A stretch of DNA of 62,520 bases from an uncultured Rhodospirillaceae bacterium (GCA_964482135.1 CAYZWF010000009.1:1-62520), one strand, 5' to 3'; shown: positions 19,986 through 39,497, counted from the stretch's first letter. Notes: generated from the sequence alone by a model not told the origin. Program-made: numbers and translations.

Positions 19986-20381
19986 CTATTGTATTTCCAC
20001 CAACTCGATCTCGAAAATAAGCGTGGAGTTGGGTGGGATCAGGCCCTTATCCTCCCCGCCGTACCCCATTTCAGGGGGGATCACGAGGCGCCGCTTGCCG
20101 CCCACCTTCATGCCCCGCAGGCCCTTGTCCCAGCCCCGGATCACCTCTCCCTGGCCAAGGTTGAACTCCCAAGGTTCGCCCCGCTTATAGGAATTGTCGA
20201 ATTCGGTGCCGTTCTCGAGATGGCCTTTATAATTCACTGCCAACCGGTCGTTATCGGCCGCCGCGATGCCGCTGCCGATCTCGATATCCTCGATCTGCAA
20301 TTCGGCGGCGGTTGTGGCGCCAGTGACAAGAAAGCTGAAAATGCCTGCGCTGAGAAAGGTCTTGAGAAAGGAATTTTTCAT
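19986..20381 (-). CDS. FKBP-type peptidyl-prolyl cis-trans isomerase, exported
   Basis: Signal peptide; VNYKGHLENGTEFDNS, VIRGWDKG, MKVGGKRRLVIPPEMGYG, IPPNSTLIFEIEL. Confidence 0.93.
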   Translation of the reverse strand: MKNSFLKTFLSAGIFSFLVTGATTAAELQIEDIEIGSGIAAADNDRLAVNYKGHLENGTEFDNSYKRGEPWEFNLGQGEVIRGWDKGLRGMKVGGKRRLVIPPEMGYGGEDKGLIPPNSTLIFEIELVEIQ

Positions 20382-20411
20382 GGATTGGGAACTTTCGTAA
20401 AAATGGAAAAA

Positions 20412-20487
20412 TGGTGCCGGCGCACGGACTCGAACCGCGGACCTGAGGTTTACAAAACCCCTGCTCTACCAGCTGAGCTACGCCGGC
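20412..20487 (-). tRNA. tRNA-Thr(TGT)
   Basis: Reverse complement GCCGGCGTAGCTCAGCTGGTAGAGCAGGGGTTTTGTAAACCTCAGGTCCGCGGTTCGAGTCCGTGCGCCGGCACCA; 76 nt, encoded CCA. Confidence 0.96.
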
Positions 20488-20630
20488 ATTACTGAATAAG
20501 ACGGATGATAATAAAGGTCATTGCGGGCCTCTCCGCAAGGGCCGCCCGTTATGTCCCCGAATCCGCCATTGTGACGTGGCGTCAAGAGACCCGTTGGATG
20601 TTCTCCGGGAGATTCCCGATCTGCGTGAAT

Positions 20631-22406
20631 TCACGCGTAATCGCTGATGGAAAGCTTGAGATCCCACATCTTGATCCCGACCCCGCGCAGAAGCTTGGAA
20701 AGCGTCTGCTCCTTGGTTCGGGCCTCGTTGATAATGGCGCGAAACTCCGAACGCTTTGGGCTTTCGACGAGACACAGGATACGTTCGGCGCCGTCCTTCG
20801 CCCTGGCTCCCTTGCTTTTGGGCTCGGCCAGACGAAAGGTTTCCGCCGACAAGGTGATTTTGCGCTCGCCGTCACCCTCGTCGAGTGATGGAAACCTGGC
20901 GAACGTGTATTTCGCGGCCTCGGCAAGAATATCCCCGGGAACTTTTGAAAAACCCGTCATGATGCCGAGGACGGCGGCGTCGAATTCCCGTTTACAGTCC
21001 CGCAGCATGGCGACGATGAACATCATGTACAGTTTTTCGGATTCATCGCTGCTCCAGGCGCATTCGATGAGAAAATGAAGACGACGAAAGAAGAACATCT
21101 CCCGTTCCGTGATGGTGGTCGTTTCCCGGGGGCTTTCCTCGTATTCAAGGGCGCGAAGCTCGGTTCCGTCGGGGCAACGGTAAATACCTGCGTCTCCGGG
21201 GATCAGGCGAAAGCGGGTGCAGAATTTGAACTCCTCGCGGGTCTTGTTCGAATTGACCTCGGTGCCGGCCAACAGCCGGAGGTTCTGGAGGGCGAGAACA
21301 TCGACGCCGTAATCCATGAGATCCCGCAGGGCCTCGACATGGCTGTCCAGTGTTTCGCCGGGCAGGGGCACGATCAGGTCGGCCACGGTGCGGATACCGA
21401 GTTTGTGGAATTTCTGCTGGTAATTCACATAGGCTTCGGTGGAAATATTGTCGCGGCGGACACTCTCCAGCACCTTCGTGCTCATGCTTTGCACCGCTAT
21501 GGTGGGGACCGACATTTCCCCCAGGATTTCCCCAATTTCAAGGTTGCGTTCCGTGACGTTTTTCGCCGTCCATAACTGACAGATAAGCGGCTTCCCCTTT
21601 TTCTCGTTAACGGCCTTGATGGCGCGGGCAATGTCGGCATCGCGCTTGAGAATCCCGAAATTCGCATCGCAGAGGATCCAGCTGCTGGCGGAGGAGCGCT
21701 CCCCCACATAGTCGATCTCGGCCAGGGCCACGTCTATGTCGAAGCGCCTCACCAGATCCTTCGAGGCCGCGCCCCATGCGCAGAACGTGCATTTGAAAGG
21801 ACAGCCGCGATTGGTCTCCAGCATGGGAAACATCCCGGCCTCGAGAAACTCATCGAGGTCTCCGTTGAGATAGGGCGAAACGATATTCTCGATCCTTTTC
21901 GTCACGGGGCGCTCGCCGGACATATGCAGGCCGCCCTCGTCCTGCCAGGCGATGTTGAGGGGGAGGTTGCCGGTATCGCCTCGATGGTCCCGCCACCAGT
22001 CGATCATTTCGGCGAAGGGTTCCTCGCCACCGTCTATCACCATGAAGTCGAGATAATCATGCCGTTTGAGGAATCCCAGCCGGCGCTCGGATTCGGAATC
22101 GATATTGGGGCCGCCGGCGATGATCAGGGTCTCGGGGTATGTTTTCCGGATATACCCGCCGATGACGCGGTTGAGGTTCTCGTTCCAGCCGTAATTGGAA
22201 AGCCCGATAATATCGGGAGGCGTCTCGGCGGCCGCGGCCAAGAGCTTTTCGGGATGCTTGAAAAGGGAAATACCCACGCCCGCGCCGTGCTGGCTGTCGG
22301 CATAGGCCTTGATGTAGCCGATACCCAGCGGCACGGACAGTCCCATGTCCTCAATGGAATGAGTATGGGCCAGATCGGCAAGATATATTTTAACAGGGTG
22401 GTCCAT
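20631..22406 (-). CDS. B12-binding-domain radical SAM protein
   Basis: N-terminal cobalamin-binding patterns (PLGIGYIKA, PDIIGLSNY, IIAGGPN, GEEPF) and ETNRGCPFKCTFC (CX3CX2C), DANFG. Confidence 0.88.
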   Translation of the reverse strand: MDHPVKIYLADLAHTHSIEDMGLSVPLGIGYIKAYADSQHGAGVGISLFKHPEKLLAAAAETPPDIIGLSNYGWNENLNRVIGGYIRKTYPETLIIAGGPNIDSESERRLGFLKRHDYLDFMVIDGGEEPFAEMIDWWRDHRGDTGNLPLNIAWQDEGGLHMSGERPVTKRIENIVSPYLNGDLDEFLEAGMFPMLETNRGCPFKCTFCAWGAASKDLVRRFDIDVALAEIDYVGERSSASSWILCDANFGILKRDADIARAIKAVNEKKGKPLICQLWTAKNVTERNLEIGEILGEMSVPTIAVQSMSTKVLESVRRDNISTEAYVNYQQKFHKLGIRTVADLIVPLPGETLDSHVEALRDLMDYGVDVLALQNLRLLAGTEVNSNKTREEFKFCTRFRLIPGDAGIYRCPDGTELRALEYEESPRETTTITEREMFFFRRLHFLIECAWSSDESEKLYMMFIVAMLRDCKREFDAAVLGIMTGFSKVPGDILAEAAKYTFARFPSLDEGDGERKITLSAETFRLAEPKSKGARAKDGAERILCLVESPKRSEFRAIINEARTKEQTLSKLLRGVGIKMWDLKLSISDYA

Positions 22407-22482
22407 GGGGCGGCCTGATAAGGAAGGTTCGCTTCCTCTGCTTCTCTGTGGTGGTCGATGGTCGGCTAGTGACCCAGCAGAA

Positions 22483-22511
22483 CATATAAGCGGTGAGGTT
22501 CAAGATGCCAA
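22483..22511 (-). promoter_or_regulatory. Putative sigma70-type promoter for the radical SAM gene
   Basis: Minus strand TTGGCA-N17-TATATG about 77 bp upstream of the ATG. Confidence 0.35.
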
Positions 22512-22619
22512 AGTGAATATTTTTATCGGACCGTGATGGCGGTGGCGGGGAAAGCCATCTTCGGTGAGTCCACCGCCCTGATTACGGAATTTCTGGCCCC
22601 CCGGCATGCCTCCCGCCTA

Positions 22620-23840
22620 TCATGGCACAACATTAAGAGGCCCGTTATCGCCCTGCCGGCGCCGGTGCAACAACCAGGCGCAGCCGCCGCCCGCTAGTGA
22701 CAGTCCGGCCATGGCAAGGAAGGCGCCGCCGCCGCCCGTGGTCTGGAAAATCCATCCCGACAGAATCACACCAAGGCCCAGCAGACCGCCCATGGCGGTG
22801 GAGGAATAAAGCCCCTGGGCGGTGGCCGAACAGCCCGGCGGCGCGGTGCGGGCGATGAAATGCATGGCCGCGAGATGGGTGGCGCCGAAGGTCAGCGCGT
22901 GCAGGGTCTGTATGGGGAACAGCAAAAGCGGATTGGCGGTGGCGCCGATCACGCACCAGCGCAGCGCCCCGGCCGCCGCCGCGATCATAAGAAGGGTGGA
23001 AGGTGTGACCCGGGCCATGACGGTGCTGCTGAAGGCGAATAATAGAACCTCGGCCATGACCCCGGTGCCCCACAGGGCGCCGATCACATCATCGGCGAAC
23101 CCGGCCTCGCGCCAGAGCAGGGTGGCGAAGCCGTAATAGGCGCTGTGGCTGGCCTGGATCAGCCCCGCGGCGGCGAGGAAAAGCAGAAACCGGGGTTCGC
23201 GGAGGATGCGCCGCAGAGGCGCTTCGGGGGCCTGGGAATCGCCTCCGATTCCTCCTCCAATTCCGGGGGTCTCCGGGTCGGGAAGCTGGAGCGCGGCGAG
23301 AAAGGTCAGGACCACCCCACCGAGAACCAGCCACAGCACCGCGGTGATGGGAAGCCCCACCAGCACCACGCCGCCGCCGACGCTGGCCAGGATAAAGGTG
23401 AGCGACCCCCACAGCCGGATGCGTCCGTAATCCAGCTTGTGGGCATAGCTGATGATCATGGTCAGGTTCTCGCCCAGGGGCATCAGGGCGGTGAACATGG
23501 AAAAGGTGACCAGGGTCACGGCCAGCAATTGCCAGAACCCCTGCGCCCAGTGGAACAGGGAAAACCCCGCCAGGGCCCCCAGCGCCAGGGCCCCCAGCAG
23601 GCGGCGCTTTTCCGGACGGCGGTCGGCAAAATGGGCGAAGAAGGGATTGGCCAGAACCTTCATCCACAGTCCCACCCCCAGCAACAGGCCGATTTCCTCG
23701 GCGCTCATGCCTCGCGTTTCCTTCAGCCACAGCGGCCAGAAGGGCATGAGCACGCCCACCACCAGAAAGACGGCGGCGTAGAACAGGGCAAGACGAAACG
23801 ACAGCTTCAGGCACGGCGACGGGAAGGCGGCGACGGTCAT
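22620..23840 (-). CDS. MFS transporter (HcaT/LacY-like)
   Basis: About 12 hydrophobic segments; MPFWPLWL, DYGRIRLWGSLTF, SHSAYYGF, LHALTFGATH. Confidence 0.88.
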   Translation of the reverse strand: MTVAAFPSPCLKLSFRLALFYAAVFLVVGVLMPFWPLWLKETRGMSAEEIGLLLGVGLWMKVLANPFFAHFADRRPEKRRLLGALALGALAGFSLFHWAQGFWQLLAVTLVTFSMFTALMPLGENLTMIISYAHKLDYGRIRLWGSLTFILASVGGGVVLVGLPITAVLWLVLGGVVLTFLAALQLPDPETPGIGGGIGGDSQAPEAPLRRILREPRFLLFLAAAGLIQASHSAYYGFATLLWREAGFADDVIGALWGTGVMAEVLLFAFSSTVMARVTPSTLLMIAAAAGALRWCVIGATANPLLLFPIQTLHALTFGATHLAAMHFIARTAPPGCSATAQGLYSSTAMGGLLGLGVILSGWIFQTTGGGGAFLAMAGLSLAGGGCAWLLHRRRQGDNGPLNVVP

Positions 23841-24670
23841 GAGCGCCGGCTGTATTCATACAGGGCGATGGCGGCGGCGTTGGAAACATTGAGGCTTTCC
23901 ATTCCGCTTTGCAGGGGGATATGCGCCATCAGGTCACAGTTTTCATGTACAAGACGGCGCAGGCCGCGTCCTTCGGCTCCCAGAACCAGGCCCACCAGCC
24001 CCTTCATGGGGGTTTCGGCAAGGCTCTGTGCGGCCTGCGAGTCGAGGCCGACGCACCAGAATCCGTTGTCTTTGAGTTCCTTCATGGCGCGCGATAAATT
24101 GCCCACCCGCACCAGCGGCACCTTCTCCAGCCCTCCGCTGGCGGCTTTTGCCAGGGTGGCGGTGGCTTCCGGGGCGTGACGCTCGGTGACGATCACGGCC
24201 AGGGCGCCGAAGGCCGCCGCCGTGCGCAGCACCGCGCCCACGTTATGGGGGTCGCTCACCTGGTCGAGGATCACCGCCACGCCGTTCCCCGCCAGCTTCG
24301 CCATGGCGCACAGCTCCGCCAGCGACATCTCCGGCAAGGGGTCGGCATTCAGGGCCACGCCCTGATGCACCGCGCCTTCGGGTACTAATTTTGAAATCCC
24401 GGCCCGCGTGGTTTCCTCCACGAAGTCGATACCACCGTCAATGCCGGTATTTTCGGCGATCAGTTCTTCGAGCCGCGGCCCCATGTTGCTCCGGGCTTCG
24501 GGCGTGAGGAGAAGACGGTGACAGCGGCGCTGCGGGTTGGCCAGGGCGGCGAGCACCGTATGAGTGCCGTAAAGCCATGGAACGCCGCCGCTTTTGGACC
24601 CTTTTCCAGAGGCGGAACGGCGCCGGGGGGGACGTTTTTTGGGATGTGGTTTCTGGTGCTTGTGCCTCAT
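23837..24670 (-). CDS. rlmB: 23S rRNA Gm2251 methyltransferase (SpoU/TrmH family)
   Basis: LYGTHTVLAAL, HQGVAL, LDQVSDPHNVGAVLR, GAEGRGLR, ESLNVSNAAAIALYE. Confidence 0.92.
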   Translation of the reverse strand: MRHKHQKPHPKKRPPRRRSASGKGSKSGGVPWLYGTHTVLAALANPQRRCHRLLLTPEARSNMGPRLEELIAENTGIDGGIDFVEETTRAGISKLVPEGAVHQGVALNADPLPEMSLAELCAMAKLAGNGVAVILDQVSDPHNVGAVLRTAAAFGALAVIVTERHAPEATATLAKAASGGLEKVPLVRVGNLSRAMKELKDNGFWCVGLDSQAAQSLAETPMKGLVGLVLGAEGRGLRRLVHENCDLMAHIPLQSGMESLNVSNAAAIALYEYSRRS

Positions 24671-24773
24671 GGAAATCGGTCCTAGTATGGATACGCTAAA
24701 ACTTCAAGTTGTGTGGGCCGGGTGCATCCGGGGCGGACTGTTTGGTGTGCCCTTTTTTTGCATCTTTTTGACG

Positions 24774-24801
24774 TTGACATCGCTTTGGAAATCACCATAG
24801 T
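24774..24801 (+). promoter_or_regulatory. Putative sigma70 promoter of the tRNA-Tyr/Gly-tuf unit
   Basis: TTGACA-N16-CATAGT, 33 bp upstream of tRNA-Tyr. Confidence 0.55.
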
Positions 24802-24834
24802 TCCCAATCCGTTGCGCTGATATACCCTTGGCGC

Positions 24835-24920
24835 GGAGGGGTGGCCGAGTGGTTAAAGGCAGCAGACTGTAAATCTGCCGACGTACGTCTACGTAGGTTC
24901 GAATCCTACCCCCTCCACCA
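24835..24920 (+). tRNA. tRNA-Tyr(GTA)
   Basis: GGAGGGGTGGCCGAGTGGTTAAAGGCAGCAGACTGTAAATCTGC...GGTTCGAATCCTACCCCCTCCACCA; long variable arm. Confidence 0.97.
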
Positions 24921-24999
24921 TTTATGTCGAGGGGAGTGTTTTGGAGGCAAGGACGATAAGGTTCGGAAGAGCCGTAAGGGCGATGGAGAACCAGCCACA

Positions 25000-25073
25000 G
25001 CGGGTGTAGCTCAATGGTAGAGCCCCAGCCTTCCAAGCTGGTCACGTGGGTTCGATTCCCATCACCCGCTCCA
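25000..25073 (+). tRNA. tRNA-Gly(TCC)
   Basis: GCGGGTGTAGCTCAATGGTAGAGCCCCAGCCTTCCAAGCTGG...GGTTCGATTCCCATCACCCGCTCCA. Confidence 0.97.
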
Positions 25074-25151
25074 GATTGAAGGCGCCGCTTTCACGGGAAA
25101 GATTTAAAAGGCGGCCTGATTTTTTTTGAGATTGTTTGAAGGAAAAGACCC

Positions 25152-26342
<1,191 letters not shown>

Positions 26343-26511
26343 GGGGGATTGCGAATTTCGCAAAGTGCGTGTCTGCGGCGCACCTAAATTTGCGTTTTTA
26401 GTAAAGGCGGGAGGTGAAAGTCTTCCGCTCGTTGTCCGTTCTGAGCTTCCCCGGGTGTTCCCGGATGCTCTTCGGGTTCGGAGGTTAAAGAGAGCGTCCC
26501 GTGGACGCCGG

Positions 26512-26587
26512 AGGAGTGTAGCTCAACTGGTAGAGCGCCGGTCTCCAAAACCGGAGGTTGCGGGTTCGAGCCCCTCCACTCCTGCCA
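26512..26587 (+). tRNA. tRNA-Trp(CCA)
   Basis: AGGAGTGTAGCTCAACTGGTAGAGCGCCGGTCTCCAAAACCGG...GGTTCGAGCCCCTCCACTCCTGCCA. Confidence 0.97.
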
Positions 26588-26706
26588 GTTTCTTTCGCGC
26601 CGCTTTGGTTGGGCGCGGTCTTTACAGGGTTTGTCCGCGCCGCCATCTAGGGCGTGGTTGGAAATAGAAGTTTTTGTTGGCCGGATGTTTGGCCGGATAT
26701 GAGGGT

Positions 26707-26904
26707 ATGGCAAAGGTAAATCCATCACAGTTTGTCCGCGAGGTGCGCCAGGAGGTCTCCAAGGTGACCTGGGCGAGCCGCAAGGAAACCATGGTCGCCA
26801 CGGGGATGGTGTTCATCTTCGTGTTCATGGCGGCGATATTTTTCTTTTTCGTGGACCGTCTGATGGCTGCCGGGGTGCGCCTTCTTCTCGGATTGGGAAG
26901 CTGA
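26707..26904 (+). CDS. secE: Preprotein translocase subunit SecE
   Basis: FVREVRQEVSKVTWASRKET plus one TM; ATG at 26707 after GAGGG. Confidence 0.95.
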   Translation: MAKVNPSQFVREVRQEVSKVTWASRKETMVATGMVFIFVFMAAIFFFFVDRLMAAGVRLLLGLGS

Positions 26905-26909
26905 ATTCC

Positions 26910-27443
26910 ATGTCCCACAAATGGTACGTTCTTCATGTCTATTCCGGGTTCGAGCGCAAGGTCGCCGAATCGATCAAGGATCAGGCCCGGCAAAAAGGCC
27001 TGGAGGACAAATTCGAGGAAGTTCTGGTGCCCACCGAGGAAGTGGTGGAGATGCGCCGCGGTGCGCGCGTCAGTTCCGAACGCAAGTTTTTCCCCGGCTA
27101 TGTGCTGGTGAAGATGGATATGACGGACGAGGCCTGGCATCTGGTGAACAACACACCCAAGGTGACGGGTTTCCTGGGCGGCAGTCATGGCGGCGCCTCT
27201 CCGGTCTCCGAGGCCGAGGTCAACCGCATCCTGCACCAGGTCCAGGAAGGCATCGAACGGCCCAAGCCGTCGGTGACTTTCGAGGTCGGCGAACAGGTCA
27301 GGGTCAGCGACGGCCCCTTCACCTCCTTTAACGGGATGGTGGAAGATGTGGACGAGGAAAAGGCGAGATTAAAAGTTTCAGTTTCCATATTCGGGCGCTC
27401 CACGCCGGTGGAACTGGAATACGGACAGGTGGAGAAAGTTTAG
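26910..27443 (+). CDS. nusG: Transcription termination/antitermination factor NusG
   Basis: WYVLHVYSGFE, FFPGYVLV, KOW motif DGPF..F.G, FGRSTPVEL. Confidence 0.97.
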   Translation: MSHKWYVLHVYSGFERKVAESIKDQARQKGLEDKFEEVLVPTEEVVEMRRGARVSSERKFFPGYVLVKMDMTDEAWHLVNNTPKVTGFLGGSHGGASPVSEAEVNRILHQVQEGIERPKPSVTFEVGEQVRVSDGPFTSFNGMVEDVDEEKARLKVSVSIFGRSTPVELEYGQVEKV

Positions 27444-27492
27444 ACACCCATGACGTTTCCGCCCCCGGGGGAGGTTCCCTGGAGGGTGAAAG

Positions 27493-27523
27493 GCGCGGGA
27501 GGCCTGCCATGGCCGTACCGCGC
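27493..27523 (+). promoter_or_regulatory. Putative L1-binding autoregulatory leader hairpin of rplKA
   Basis: GCGCGG-GA-GGCC-loop-GGCC-GTA-CCGCGC: two stems separated by an asymmetric internal loop, 40 nt upstream of rplK. Confidence 0.5.
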
Positions 27524-27562
27524 TCCCGAAGGAAGCGCATGAAGGAATAATTGAGGGATATA

Positions 27563-27994
27563 ATGGCTAAGAAAATAGACGGCTACATCAAGTTACAAAT
27601 ACCCGCCGGACAGGCGAATCCGTCCCCCCCCGTGGGGCCGGCCCTGGGCCAGCGCGGCGTCAACATCATGGAATTCTGCAAGGCGTTCAACGCCCATACC
27701 CAGGGCATGGAACAGGGTATGCCGATCCCCGTGACCATCACGGTCTACAGCGATCGCAGCTTTTCCTTCATCTCCAAGTCGCCGCCCGCCTCCTACTTCC
27801 TGAAGAAGGCGGCCAAGGTGGCCAAGGGTTCGGGCCTGACCGGCCGCGAGGAAATTGTGGGCCGCGTGACCATGGCCCAGGTGCGCGAGATCGCCGAAAA
27901 GAAAATGGAGGATCTCAACGCCAACGATATGGAAGCGGCCTGCCGCATTGTGGCGGGGTCGGCCCGTTCCATGGGCATCGAGGTGATGGAGTAG
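27563..27994 (+). CDS. rplK: 50S ribosomal protein L11
   Basis: [30 protein letters not shown]. Confidence 0.98.
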   Translation: MAKKIDGYIKLQIPAGQANPSPPVGPALGQRGVNIMEFCKAFNAHTQGMEQGMPIPVTITVYSDRSFSFISKSPPASYFLKKAAKVAKGSGLTGREEIVGRVTMAQVREIAEKKMEDLNANDMEAACRIVAGSARSMGIEVME

Positions 27995-27995
27995 G

Positions 27996-28697
27996 ATGAT
28001 GGCGAAAGAAGGAAAAAGAATGCGTAAGGCCCGCGAGGGCGTGGACGTGGATCAGGTCTATTCCATCGACGAAGCGGTGAAGCTGGTGAAACAGGGGGCC
28101 GCGGCCAAGTTCGATGAAAGCATCGAAGTAGCGGTCTGTCTCGGCATCGATATCCGCCATTCCAACCAGATGGTGCGTGGCGTCATGATGCTGCCCAAGG
28201 GCACCGGCAAGACCCTGCGCGTGGCCGTCTTCGCCAAGGGCGACAAGGCCAAGGAAGCGCAAGCCGCCGGTGCCGATATTGTGGGCGCCGAGGATCTGGC
28301 GGAAAAGATCGAAAAAGGCGGGATCGAATTCGACCGCTGTATCGCCACCCCCGACATGATGGCCGTGGTGGGCAAGCTGGGCAAGGTTCTGGGACCACGC
28401 GGGCTGATGCCCAATCCCAAGCTCGGTTCGGTGACCCAGGACGTGACGGCCGCGGTAGAGGCGGCCAAGGGCGGCCAGGTGGAATTCCGCGCCGAAAAGG
28501 CCGGGGTGATCCATGCCGGAATCGGCAAGGCCAGTTTCTCCGAAAGCGACCTGGTGGAAAATCTGCGTGCCTTCATGGGCGCCATCGCCAAGGCCAAGCC
28601 GTCGGGCGTGAAAGGAACATATATGCGCAAGGCCTCCATCTGCTCCACCATGGGGCCGGGGGTGCGCCTTGATCTCTCTTCTCTGGGCGCGGCATAG
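27996..28697 (+). CDS. rplA: 50S ribosomal protein L1
   Basis: [24 protein letters not shown]. Confidence 0.98.
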   Translation: MMAKEGKRMRKAREGVDVDQVYSIDEAVKLVKQGAAAKFDESIEVAVCLGIDIRHSNQMVRGVMMLPKGTGKTLRVAVFAKGDKAKEAQAAGADIVGAEDLAEKIEKGGIEFDRCIATPDMMAVVGKLGKVLGPRGLMPNPKLGSVTQDVTAAVEAAKGGQVEFRAEKAGVIHAGIGKASFSESDLVENLRAFMGAIAKAKPSGVKGTYMRKASICSTMGPGVRLDLSSLGAA

Positions 28698-28797
28698 GGC
28701 CGCCGCTAGAGACAGAGAGCAACATAATCCACCACCGTTTCAGCCCCCAGGGGCCGGGGCGGTGTGGGTGCGGAGGCCGGGAAACCGGTTCTTCGCC

Positions 28798-28897
28798 CTG
28801 TCCGAGACTGTGGGTGTTGCCTCGGATCATTTCTTGGGGGTTTTCCCTGGGAGATTTTCCGCGGCGCCTAATGGCAAGCGCCGCCCGCATGAGACAG
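28798..28897 (+). promoter_or_regulatory. L10 leader (rplJL autoregulatory RNA)
   Basis: CTGTC-CGAGAC-TGTGGG ... CCCGCA-TGA-GACAG pairing pattern in the long rplA-rplJ spacer. Confidence 0.65.
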
Positions 28898-29079
28898 CAG
28901 ATCAACCGCTTGCCCGTTGCTTCGGGAATCTCCTGGAGGAATGGGCGGAAGGCTTGAACTTCTGGGGCAGGCGAGTGGGAGCCGGGGCCGTTGTGGCCCA
29001 AGGATCCCGTTGTGCAAACCGGACCGGAAAGTGTCCCCGAGTGGGACGTCTGCCGGGCCATGTTTATCGGAGACGACAA

Positions 29080-29598
29080 GTGGACCGATCTCAGAAAGAG
29101 AAAGTGGTCGCCGATCTGAACCAGGCTTTCACCGACAGCCAGCTTCTGGTGATAACCCACCAGAATGGCCTGACGGTGGCCGAATCATCCGACCTCAGAA
29201 ACCGGATGCGTGCGGCGGAAGCCCGTTTCAAGGTGACCAAGAATCGGCTCGCGCGTCGCGCCCTGGAAGGAACCCGTTTCGAGGGGTTGGCTTCTCATTT
29301 CGTTGGTCCCACCGCCATCGCCGTATCGCAAGATCCGGTGGCTGCAGCCAAGGTGGTGGTGAAATTTGCCAAGGAAAACGACAAGCTGGTCATTCTCGGC
29401 GGGGCTCTTGACGATAAAGAGCTCGATGTGGACAGCATCAAGGTGTTGGCGGCTCTGCCTTCCCTTGATGAGGCACGGGCCAACATCGTCGGCATGCTGA
29501 ATACCCCGGCCACTCGTATCGCCGGAATTCTTCAGGCTCCCGCCGGGCAGGTTGCCCGTGTGGTGGGCGCCTATGCCGCAAATGGTGACGCCGCCTGA
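29080..29598 (+). CDS. rplJ: 50S ribosomal protein L10
   Basis: GTG start after GGAG; VDRSQKEKVV, FKVTKNRLA, GPTAIA, LAALPSLDE. Confidence 0.96.
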   Translation: MDRSQKEKVVADLNQAFTDSQLLVITHQNGLTVAESSDLRNRMRAAEARFKVTKNRLARRALEGTRFEGLASHFVGPTAIAVSQDPVAAAKVVVKFAKENDKLVILGGALDDKELDVDSIKVLAALPSLDEARANIVGMLNTPATRIAGILQAPAGQVARVVGAYAANGDAA

Positions 29599-29643
29599 GT
29601 GCGTTTTTTTCGATAACGACCGTTCAAGCCAAGGAGAAAGATC

Positions 29644-30021
29644 GTGGCAAAACTAGATAAACTCGTTGATGAACTCTCATCGCTTACCGTCATCGAAGCG
29701 GCGGAACTCAGCACCCTGTTGGAAGAAAAATGGGGTGTGTCGGCAGCGGCTCCGGTAGCCGCCGTTGCCGCCGCTCCGGCCGCCGAAGGTGGCGCCGCCG
29801 CCGAGGAAAGTGACGAAGTCACTGTTGTTCTGGCGGCCATCGGCGAGAAGAAAATCAATGTGATCAAGGAAGTCCGCGCCATTACCAGCCTCGGGCTGAA
29901 AGAGGCCAAGGACCTTGTGGAAGGCGCGCCTAAGCCTGTGAAGGAAGGCGTAAGCAAGGAAGACGCGGAGAAGTTCAAGAAACAGCTTGAAGAAGCCGGC
30001 GCAACCGTCGAGCTCAAATAA
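29644..30021 (+). CDS. rplL: 50S ribosomal protein L7/L12
   Basis: [34 protein letters not shown]. Confidence 0.98.
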   Translation: MAKLDKLVDELSSLTVIEAAELSTLLEEKWGVSAAAPVAAVAAAPAAEGGAAAEESDEVTVVLAAIGEKKINVIKEVRAITSLGLKEAKDLVEGAPKPVKEGVSKEDAEKFKKQLEEAGATVELK

Positions 30022-30031
30022 GCAGGCTCTT

Positions 30032-30095
30032 AACAGGGAAATCGGAAACCGGCGGTTGGTCCGTGATTCCGGTTTCCCTGTTGCCGCTTTTTTCT
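30032..30095 (+). terminator. Hairpin / possible attenuator between rplL and rpoB
   Basis: AACAGGGAAATCGGAA ... TTCCGGTTTCCCTGTT inverted repeat followed by GCCGCTTTTTT. Confidence 0.55.
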
Positions 30096-30209
30096 GTCCG
30101 TTGCGGGCAGGAAAACAGGCGGTGGATAAGTTTTTTCGCCGGGGAGCTTTCAGCCATTGTGGCAGAGGCTCTCTCGGCACATGAACGCAAGGTGGCGAGG
30201 TAGCAAAGA

Positions 30210-34391
<4,182 letters not shown>

Positions 34392-34399
34392 GCGCTTGA

Positions 34400-38728
<4,329 letters not shown>

Positions 38729-38872
38729 GGCTGCTGTCCCGCGCCGCGCGCCATCGCCTTGCGAAAGCTCCGCAAGGGTCCGGGCGGGGGGCTTCAACAC
38801 CCCCCGGTTTGCACTGGAATACTGCGGATTTGAGGCGATTTCGCAGGTGCAAAAAAAGTGCCGTTGTTTTGC

Positions 38873-38901
38873 TTGACTGCATGTAAGGGCGTCACTAGTA
38901 T
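38873..38901 (+). promoter_or_regulatory. sigma70 promoter of str operon
   Basis: TTGACT-N17-TAGTAT upstream of rpsL. Confidence 0.65.
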
Positions 38902-39104
38902 GCGCCAACCTTTTTGAGGATGGTGGTGGGCCGCACGGTCTAGACGCATCCTCGCTAAGACACGAACATATAATTTTTGGCCCCGATCGCACCACAACGG
39001 CGGACAAGCATTCGCCGGAGGAAGGGTTTTTCCTCTGGTGATTATGTGCTTGATCCGCTTGTGTTTTTTTAAGGTCGGTCCACAACGTAGGGAACAGGCA
39101 ACGT

Positions 39105-39476
39105 ATGCCCACGGTTAACCAGTTGGTGCGCAAGCCCCGTAAGACGCCATTTGTCCGGACCAAGGTGCCGGCGCTTGAGTCATGTCCGCAAAAGCGTGGG
39201 GTCTGTGTGCGCGTCTATACGACTACGCCGAAGAAGCCGAACTCGGCTCTGCGTAAGGTGGCTCGCGTACGTCTCACCAACGGTTTCGAGGTCACGAGCT
39301 ATATTCCCGGCGAGGGCCATAATCTCCAGGAACACTCGGTGGTGATGATCCGCGGCGGCCGCGTCAAGGATCTTCCCGGTGTGCGCTATCACGTGATCCG
39401 TGGCGTGCTCGATACCGAGGGCGTCAGCGACCGCCGCCAGCGTCGCTCCAAATACGGCGCCAAGCGCCCGAAATAG
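39105..39476 (+). CDS. rpsL: 30S ribosomal protein S12
   Basis: [22 protein letters not shown]. Confidence 0.99.
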   Translation: MPTVNQLVRKPRKTPFVRTKVPALESCPQKRGVCVRVYTTTPKKPNSALRKVARVRLTNGFEVTSYIPGEGHNLQEHSVVMIRGGRVKDLPGVRYHVIRGVLDTEGVSDRRQRRSKYGAKRPK

Positions 39477-39497
39477 CCGGAAAAGAGCAGGTCCCTC

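Noticed and set aside
18025-20487. Integrative element at the tRNA-Thr 3' end
   Set aside because: No duplicated tRNA 3' end (att site) found by eye and no integrase or transposase
22530-22600. Cobalamin riboswitch upstream of the B12 radical SAM gene
   Set aside because: Only a GGCGGTGG/CCACCGCC hairpin; the GGGAA-like element is on the wrong strand and no B12 box is seen
28669-29079. 137-aa N-terminal extension of L10 in the ORF track
   Set aside because: The region is the L10 leader; the true start is GTG 29080 with an RBS. Extended starts for fba, ccoO, secE, rplE, rpsH, adk, rplQ and rarA were trimmed for similar reasons
30121-30129. DnaA-box-like GGTGGATAA upstream of rpoB
   Set aside because: Single 8/9 match, not clustered; compatible with chance
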